Shown here: positions 8,744 to 14,049 of the stretch, in pieces
How the letters are laid out: each line of letters starts with the position of its first letter
Position numbering within the stretch: position 1 is the first letter of the stretch
From: a virus
DNA length: 14,049 bases
UHGV virus genome: UHGV-0286042
Strand: one strand, 5' to 3'
Notes under the pieces: model-generated
What the model saw: the letters and a program-made list of their open reading frames with translations, nothing else
Told to the model about the DNA's origin: nothing
The model's database searches: none
Made by a program: the position numbers and the translations under genes

Positions 8744-9094
8744 ATGGGTAAGGCCAAACTTCTAATTTGTGGTGTTCTTTTATCAGTTGTCGGCACGTCA
8801 GAGGCCTTAGCTGATACTCAGTGCGGGCCGTATCGCCTCACTGCGGGCAAAGAAGGACTAATGCTTATTAACGGGGTAAAACCTGAAACGCAAAAAATGT
8901 CTTTTCTCAAGTCTAAAGATGACTACCAAAACATGAAAGCAGAATGGATGGTTGCAACCGACCAACCCGGCCGCTGGGTTGGGCTTGAGTACATCAAGCG
9001 CAACGGCAAAGCCATTCTCAACGCACAGTGGCTGCAAGCCAGCATGAATGCGCCGCGTCAGTATGCAACATACGACTGCGTGAAGGTGAAGTAG
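8744..9094 (+). CDS. moron-encoded small secreted (periplasmic) protein, function unknown
   Basis: ORF track 8684..9094; start chosen at ATG 8744 (MGKAKLLICGVLLSVVGTSEALA|DTQCG...) giving a classical Sec signal peptide with AxA-like cleavage site; mature protein about 93 aa with Cys near both termini; lower GC than flanking tail genes; no structural-gene resemblance. Confidence 0.55.
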   Translation: MGKAKLLICGVLLSVVGTSEALADTQCGPYRLTAGKEGLMLINGVKPETQKMSFLKSKDDYQNMKAEWMVATDQPGRWVGLEYIKRNGKAILNAQWLQASMNAPRQYATYDCVKVK

Positions 9095-9100
9095 GTATAA

Positions 9101-9126
9101 AGAAAAAGCGCCGGGTTGACCGGCGC
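9101..9126 (-). terminator. rho-independent terminator (hairpin GCGCCGG-GTTGA-CCGGCGC, T-run on the minus strand)
   Basis: 7-bp perfect GC-rich stem 9108-9114 / 9120-9126, followed on the minus strand by TTTTTCT (9107-9101); lies directly 3' of minus-strand ORF 9133..9483 and 3' of the + strand secreted-protein gene. Confidence 0.6.
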
Positions 9127-9132
9127 GCCAAG

Positions 9133-9483
9133 TTATTCCTCTTTGAAGCTGATGTTCTTGCACTGCTCCATTACTTCAATCAGTTCTTTTGACGTCAGGT
9201 TTTCTACTTCGATTTTACCTTTCTCTGTGGTCATTGTTATTTTTTTGGATGATCTGGTCTGTATCCATTTTCTTGCGATAGATGCAATGGCTATACAAGC
9301 TGGTGACGACGTGGCTACGATGATAGTTATGTCGACGAGCGTGCCAACCGCATTAATTGAGTCAGCAGTTCTGATTCGCCTGCGTATTTTATAGTCACTT
9401 TCAGGTATGTTATCCTGGATTACGGAGAGCAATTCTTTGCCTATTGCTGGAGTAAATTTTATGGTTGTTTCTGATTTTGGCAT
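9133..9483 (-). CDS. moron-encoded small membrane protein (single predicted TM helix, K/E-rich C-terminus), function unknown
   Basis: 116-aa ORF on the opposite strand to the whole tail operon, in a markedly AT-rich stretch where long ORFs are unlikely by chance; hydrophobic segment LVDITIIVATSSPACIAIASIA; own terminator at 9101-9126; weak RBS. Confidence 0.5.
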   Translation of the reverse strand: MPKSETTIKFTPAIGKELLSVIQDNIPESDYKIRRRIRTADSINAVGTLVDITIIVATSSPACIAIASIARKWIQTRSSKKITMTTEKGKIEVENLTSKELIEVMEQCKNISFKEE

Positions 9484-9622
9484 AAAGGTATCCGGCCCCT
9501 ATCGTGAGAAGCTAAAAATTGCCTTGCGGCTTTTCCTTGGCAGCCTGTATCTCGCTACAAACCACGACGTTACCGTAGTTTTAAGCAAGACCTACATTCA
9601 GGGCTGCAAAGAAGATAAATAG
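9461..9622 (+). CDS. candidate small ORF (53 aa), alternatively a non-coding leader or sRNA ending at the 9663-9687 terminator
   Basis: GGAG at 9449-9452, 8 nt upstream of ATG 9461; ORF overlaps the 5' end of the divergent minus-strand gene; followed about 40 nt later by a + strand intrinsic terminator. Confidence 0.25.
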   Translation: MVVSDFGIKVSGPYREKLKIALRLFLGSLYLATNHDVTVVLSKTYIQGCKEDK

Positions 9623-9662
9623 CACGGACAAATCAGCCTTCAAACCCTGACGTTTGATCAGT

Positions 9663-9687
9663 AACCCGCCGCCGAGCGGGTTTTTTT
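9663..9687 (+). terminator. rho-independent terminator on + strand (CCCGC-CGCCGA-GCGGG followed by TTTTTTT)
   Basis: 5-6 bp GC stem 9665-9669 / 9676-9680 followed by 7 consecutive T (9681-9687); sits inside the tail operon immediately upstream of the spike gene RBS. Confidence 0.6.
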
Positions 9688-9698
9688 ATGGAGTTTTT

Positions 9699-10439
9699 AT
9701 GCCAATTCCAACTCAATCACAGATCGGCGGAGAGCAGCAGACCGCGCAGGCCATTGCCGATTCGGTGTCTACCCAGATGCGCGTAGCGATGCCTGGCATC
9801 ATTCAGTCGTTCGATCCTGATACTGTTACCTGCACAGCAGAGGTGGCGCTTCGCGGTATTGTTGGCGACGGCTCCACCGAATTAAAACCGCTGGTGGATG
9901 TGCCGGTTATCTTTCCTCGCGGCGGTGGTTGCACGCTGACCTTTCCGGTAAAAGAAGGCGATGAGTGCCTGCTGATCTTTGCCGACCGTTGTATCGATTT
10001 CTGGTGGCAGAGCGGCGGCGTTCAGGAGACCGTCGACCCGCGCCAGCATGACTTATCTGATGCGTTCGCCATCGTTGGCCCGCAGTCGCAAGCGCAGAAA
10101 ATCAGCGGTATCAGTACCAGCGCCGCGCAGCTGCGAACCGATGATGGCTCGGCGTTCGTAGAGGTCGCAGCAGGGCATAACATCACCGTTAAAACGCCGG
10201 GCAAGCTTACGGCTACGGCTGAGGGTGGAACGACAATCACATCCCCGACTATCACGCTGAACGGCAACGTAACGATTAACGGTAACCTGTCTCAGGGAAT
10301 GGGAGAAAGTGGCGGTACTGCGACGATGCTTGGGCCGGTGACGGTAACGAATGACGTAACAGCTTCTGGTATCAGTGTCGCCACGCATAAACATGGCGGA
10401 GTACAGACTGGCGGGGGAACTACCGGAGGGCCGCAATAA
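9699..10439 (+). CDS. baseplate central spike protein (P2 gpV / Mu gp45-like)
   Basis: ORF track 9654..10439, but 9654 start would translate through the terminator hairpin; ATG 9699 has GGAG at 9690-9693; Gly/Thr-rich beta-helix-like C-terminus with HKH motif (ATHKHGGVQTGGG) typical of spike apex domains. Confidence 0.65.
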   Translation: MPIPTQSQIGGEQQTAQAIADSVSTQMRVAMPGIIQSFDPDTVTCTAEVALRGIVGDGSTELKPLVDVPVIFPRGGGCTLTFPVKEGDECLLIFADRCIDFWWQSGGVQETVDPRQHDLSDAFAIVGPQSQAQKISGISTSAAQLRTDDGSAFVEVAAGHNITVKTPGKLTATAEGGTTITSPTITLNGNVTINGNLSQGMGESGGTATMLGPVTVTNDVTASGISVATHKHGGVQTGGGTTGGPQ

Positions 10440-10792
10440 TGCGATACCGTCGCGAAGATACTGAAGGCGATTACACTTTCGGCCAGGGTGACGATACTTT
10501 CCTTATCGACAGTCCGGAATGTGTCGCCCAGGCCGTTAAAACCCGTTTCGAACTGTGGCGCGGTCAGTGGTTTCTCGATCTGACGGAAGGCACGCCGTAT
10601 GTTCAGTCAGTGCTTGGGAAGCAGCGATCAGATGTCTACATCCTGGCTATACGCGAACGCATACAGGATACACCGGGCGTTCTGTCGATTCTTTCCTTCG
10701 ATACCAATTATGACGGCACCAGCCGTCGCGTCACCTTCACTTCCTCCATTGACACAATCTACGGCCAGACGACTGTAACAAGCGAGGCATAA
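10439..10792 (+). CDS. small baseplate protein (gpW / gp25-like or related small baseplate wedge family)
   Basis: 117 aa, ATG overlapping upstream stop (TAATG); conserved position between spike and baseplate J genes. Confidence 0.55.
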   Translation: MRYRREDTEGDYTFGQGDDTFLIDSPECVAQAVKTRFELWRGQWFLDLTEGTPYVQSVLGKQRSDVYILAIRERIQDTPGVLSILSFDTNYDGTSRRVTFTSSIDTIYGQTTVTSEA

Positions 10793-11992
10793 ATGGCTTT
10801 GAACCTCGACACGCTGGGGCTATCGGCAACGGTAACCGCCCAGGGGATTAGTGCGCCTGATTACCAGACAATCCTAGATACACTGACCAGCTATTTCAGG
10901 CAGATTTACGGTAGTGATGCCTACCTCGAACCAGACAGCAAAGACGGGCAGATGGTCGCACTGGTGGCTCTTGCCGTGCATGACGCTAACAACACCGCTA
11001 TCGGGATCTACAACTCTTTTTCACCGACGACAGCGCAGGCCGCAGCGCTTAGCAGCAATGTGAAAATTAACGGGATCACGCGAAAAGTAGCGACAAACTC
11101 TACTGCTGACCTTCTGTTAACCGGTACGGCAGGCACGACTATCACGAATGGCTCCGCACGGGATAAAAACGGCATTATCTGGAATTTTCCCGCAAGTGTA
11201 GCGATCGGCGTTGATGGTACTGTGCTGGTGACGGCCACATGTGCGAATAGCGGTTCGGTTGCGGCGCTGGCCGGGACTATTACCACTATCAACACCCCGA
11301 TCCGAGGTTGGGTGTCGGTAACCAACCCGGCTGCGGCTACTGTCGGTTCACCAGCAGAAACCGACGCAGAGCTGCGCATTCGGCAGGGGCAAAGCGTCGC
11401 GCTACCATCGATCACACCGTTTGAAGGTGTCGACGGTGCTATCGCTAATGTTGCTGGCGTGACACGTCACAAACTATATGAGAACGACACTGGGGCAACC
11501 GACAGCAACGGGCTGCCGCCACACTCTATTTCCGCCATCGTCGATGGAGGGGATGTTACCGAGATAGCCCAAACAATCCGGGGGAGTAAAGGGCAGGGAA
11601 CCGCAACTTACGGTAAAACTTCTGTCACGGTGCCGGATACTTACGGTAATCCACACGTCATCAGTTTTTCGCGCTCTACCGATGTGCCAATTTTCGTAGC
11701 CATTACCCTGAAAGTTTTTACCGGCTATACCTCTCAAATCGGCGAGCAGATTAAACAGGCTGTTGCCGATTATATAAATGGCCTGGCAATTGGCGATGAC
11801 GTTCTGCTGAGTCGTATTTATTCCCCGGCAAACCTTGGCGTGGTAAGCGGAGGCAGTGCTCGCTATTACGACATTCAGGAGCTGCTCATCGGCAAATCCT
11901 CTGACTCAGTCGCAAGCGGAAATATCGATATTGCTTATGACGAATCTGCGTCATGCGTTGCGAGTCACGTCACTATCACGGTGACCTCATGA
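10793..11992 (+). CDS. baseplate J-like protein (P2 gpJ / Mu gp47 / e14 JayE analogue)
   Basis: 399 aa; starts 1 nt after upstream stop; size and position typical of baseplate J family. Confidence 0.65.
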   Translation: MALNLDTLGLSATVTAQGISAPDYQTILDTLTSYFRQIYGSDAYLEPDSKDGQMVALVALAVHDANNTAIGIYNSFSPTTAQAAALSSNVKINGITRKVATNSTADLLLTGTAGTTITNGSARDKNGIIWNFPASVAIGVDGTVLVTATCANSGSVAALAGTITTINTPIRGWVSVTNPAAATVGSPAETDAELRIRQGQSVALPSITPFEGVDGAIANVAGVTRHKLYENDTGATDSNGLPPHSISAIVDGGDVTEIAQTIRGSKGQGTATYGKTSVTVPDTYGNPHVISFSRSTDVPIFVAITLKVFTGYTSQIGEQIKQAVADYINGLAIGDDVLLSRIYSPANLGVVSGGSARYYDIQELLIGKSSDSVASGNIDIAYDESASCVASHVTITVTS

Positions 11993-12669
11993 GCAAATAC
12001 ACCGAACTGATCACTAACTACCATGCTACCAAGCCACTCTTTTTTGACCATATAGATCTGAGCACCCGCCCGCTGATTGATGTGTCCAGCACTATGTCAG
12101 GGCTTGTAACAGCCTTCGATATCGATACTGCTGTCGGTGTACAGCTCGACATCCTCGGTCTGTGGATCGGACGCAGTCGCATAGTCAGCCAGCCAATTAG
12201 CGGAGTTTATTTCAGCTGGGACACTGACGGGCTCGGATATGACCAGGGCATCTGGCAAGGGCCATATGATCCTGATTCTGGCTATACGACGCTGAGTGAT
12301 GAGACGTACCGCATCATTCTGAAAGCGAAAATCGCTATCAACAACTGGGATGGTCGGAACGACTCTCTGCCTCCCATCCTTGACGCTGCGACTGCAGGCT
12401 CAGGCCTGAGGATGCAAATTGTCGACAACCAGGACATGACGATATCGGTTTGGGTATTCCCCGAGACTGATATTTCTGATGTGTCTCTTGAACTGATTGC
12501 CGCTATCAAACAGGGCTATCTCACCGTTAAAGCAGCTGGCGTATGGGCCGGTGATGTTGAAACGCCTTCGGTAGAAGCACCATCCGAGGGCTCTAAATTC
12601 TTTGGGTTTGATATGGATAACGAATACATCGGCGGGTTCGATGTTGGAGCATGGGGGAGATTACTTTAA
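11989..12669 (+). CDS. tail protein of the P2 gpI / Mu gp48 / e14 YmfQ type
   Basis: ORF track 11953..12669; ATG 11989 (MSKYTELITNYHATKPLFF...) overlaps J stop as ATGA; synteny J then YmfQ-like then fibre as in e14/Mu-like tails. Confidence 0.6.
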   Translation: MSKYTELITNYHATKPLFFDHIDLSTRPLIDVSSTMSGLVTAFDIDTAVGVQLDILGLWIGRSRIVSQPISGVYFSWDTDGLGYDQGIWQGPYDPDSGYTTLSDETYRIILKAKIAINNWDGRNDSLPPILDAATAGSGLRMQIVDNQDMTISVWVFPETDISDVSLELIAAIKQGYLTVKAAGVWAGDVETPSVEAPSEGSKFFGFDMDNEYIGGFDVGAWGRLL

Positions 12670-13316
12670 TGGCTGGAACTAATGATTTTAAAGCGTTTGC
12701 GACAGATGCTAATGCAAATGTTACCTCGCAGGAGGAATGGGAGACGCTAACCGCACTGAAGAAAGGATTCTCCTCGGGTAAAGCATCCAGCGCACAGGTC
12801 AGTAAAGCGCTGCGCCAACCGTCGACGATGGCGGCTGTACTGGGGCAGTTTATCGCGAACGCCGAACTGGACGCGCTCGATGATGGTGACGTTGATGGAC
12901 TGGTGGCAAAGCTGGCGACAGCGATTACCACAAACCTTGACTTAGGAGATATCAGTGTTGCAGGTGTTGCGACAGGTAGTATGGGCGAAACCGGATATGC
13001 CATATTTCCGATGATGATTGGCGGTACGCGTAAGACGCTTATTATGCAATGGGGAGTAATGACATCTCTGAGGTCAGGCGACACTGCGGTTATTAATCTG
13101 CCGATTGCTTTTCCTACTATGGTGATGCAGGCATATGCAACACATGATAATGTGACACAAACCGCACGCCCGACAGTATATGCAATTGCTCCAACAAGCC
13201 GAACCACTATCACTGCGACGGCGATGAGCTTACATGCTGACTCAGTGGGTGCTGCAGTGACGCGCGGTAGTGACAGTGATTTGTGTTACGGTCGTTATCT
13301 TGCAATAGGGTACTGA
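12669..13316 (+). CDS. tail fibre protein (short; conserved GC-rich N-terminal part plus AT-rich variable C-terminal part)
   Basis: ORF track 12651..13316; ATG 12669 overlaps upstream stop (TAATGG); N-terminus MAGTNDFKAFATDANANVTSQEEWETLTALKKGFSSGKASSAQVSKALRQ resembles conserved tail-fibre N-termini; followed by tfa. Confidence 0.65.
   Translation: MAGTNDFKAFATDANANVTSQEEWETLTALKKGFSSGKASSAQVSKALRQPSTMAAVLGQFIANAELDALDDGDVDGLVAKLATAITTNLDLGDISVAGVATGSMGETGYAIFPMMIGGTRKTLIMQWGVMTSLRSGDTAVINLPIAFPTMVMQAYATHDNVTQTARPTVYAIAPTSRTTITATAMSLHADSVGAAVTRGSDSDLCYGRYLAIGY
12925..12950 (+). other. candidate Hin/Gin/Pin-family crossover site (degenerate) at constant/variable junction of the tail fibre gene
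   Basis: TTACCACAAACC-TT-GACTTAGGAGAT has partial match to the AAACC-NN-GGTTT cored 26-bp sites of serine invertases (recalled consensus; about 17/24 half-site positions) and coincides with an abrupt GC-to-AT compositional shift. Confidence 0.25.
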
Positions 13317-13317
13317 A

Positions 13318-13723
13318 ATGAATATGAAATATTTCTCTGCATCTGAAAATGCGTTTTATGCCGGAGAGCTTAAAGAAAGCTACATCGCAGCAGACTCATG
13401 GCCTTCTGATGCCTTGGAAGTTGATGAAAGTTTGTATCTTGAGTTTATCGATGAGCCGCCAGCAGGTAAGTATCGTGGAGTGGATGATGCAGGTATGCCC
13501 TGCTGGCTTGAAATTCCTCCACCCACCGCAGAGGAAATGGCATCGAATGCAGAGAATATGAGACAGCAGATCATTGATGAGGCAAATGTTTATATAAACA
13601 AACGTCAGTGGCCTGGAAAAGCAGCGATAGGCCGTTTAAAGGCGGATGAACTGGAACGATATAACCTTTGGCTGGATTACCTGGATGCGCTGGAAGTAGT
13701 AGACACCTCCAGCGCGCCAAACA

Positions 13724-13752
<29 letters not shown>
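13318..13752 (+). CDS. tail fibre assembly protein (Tfa chaperone)
   Basis: 144 aa directly downstream of fibre gene; C-terminus ...[14 protein letters not shown] matches the conserved Tfa C-terminal motif (RVDTSTAPDIEWP in lambda Tfa). Confidence 0.7.

Positions 13753-14049
<297 letters not shown>

Noticed and set aside
9116-9394. 92-aa + strand ORF antisense to the minus-strand membrane protein gene
   Set aside because: S/L/F/I-rich low-complexity translation, no RBS, starts inside the terminator hairpin; the minus-strand frame looks more gene-like.
9654-9698. ORF-track N-terminal extension of the spike gene
   Set aside because: The extension is encoded by the terminator hairpin and T-run; ATG 9699 has a proper GGAG RBS.

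Overview
This window is a contiguous, co-directional (+ strand) late structural module of a myovirus-type prophage from an enterobacterial host, ending in a degraded tail-fibre inversion region fused to an IS3-family transposase fragment. Gene order is: small head/neck proteins (50-2277), contractile tail sheath (2281-3441), tail tube (3452-3892), tail assembly chaperone with a -1 frameshift site (3896-4321, extension to 4509), tape measure protein with a C-terminal lytic transglycosylase domain (4499-6766), baseplate proteins including a gpD/gpP-like hub (6766-8742), spike (9699-10439), gpW/gp25-like protein, baseplate J and a YmfQ-like protein (10439-12669), then tail fibre (12669-13316) and tail fibre assembly protein (13318-13752). 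The synteny matches Mu/SfV/e14-like tail modules; all family assignments are from reading the translations and gene order, with no database search run. The most interesting part is a low-GC moron (8744-9698) inserted between the hub and spike genes: a signal-peptide secreted protein, an opposite-strand single-TM membrane protein, and a terminator on each strand. Its function is unknown; a superinfection-exclusion or defence role is a hypothesis. No tRNA, rRNA or CRISPR array was seen.
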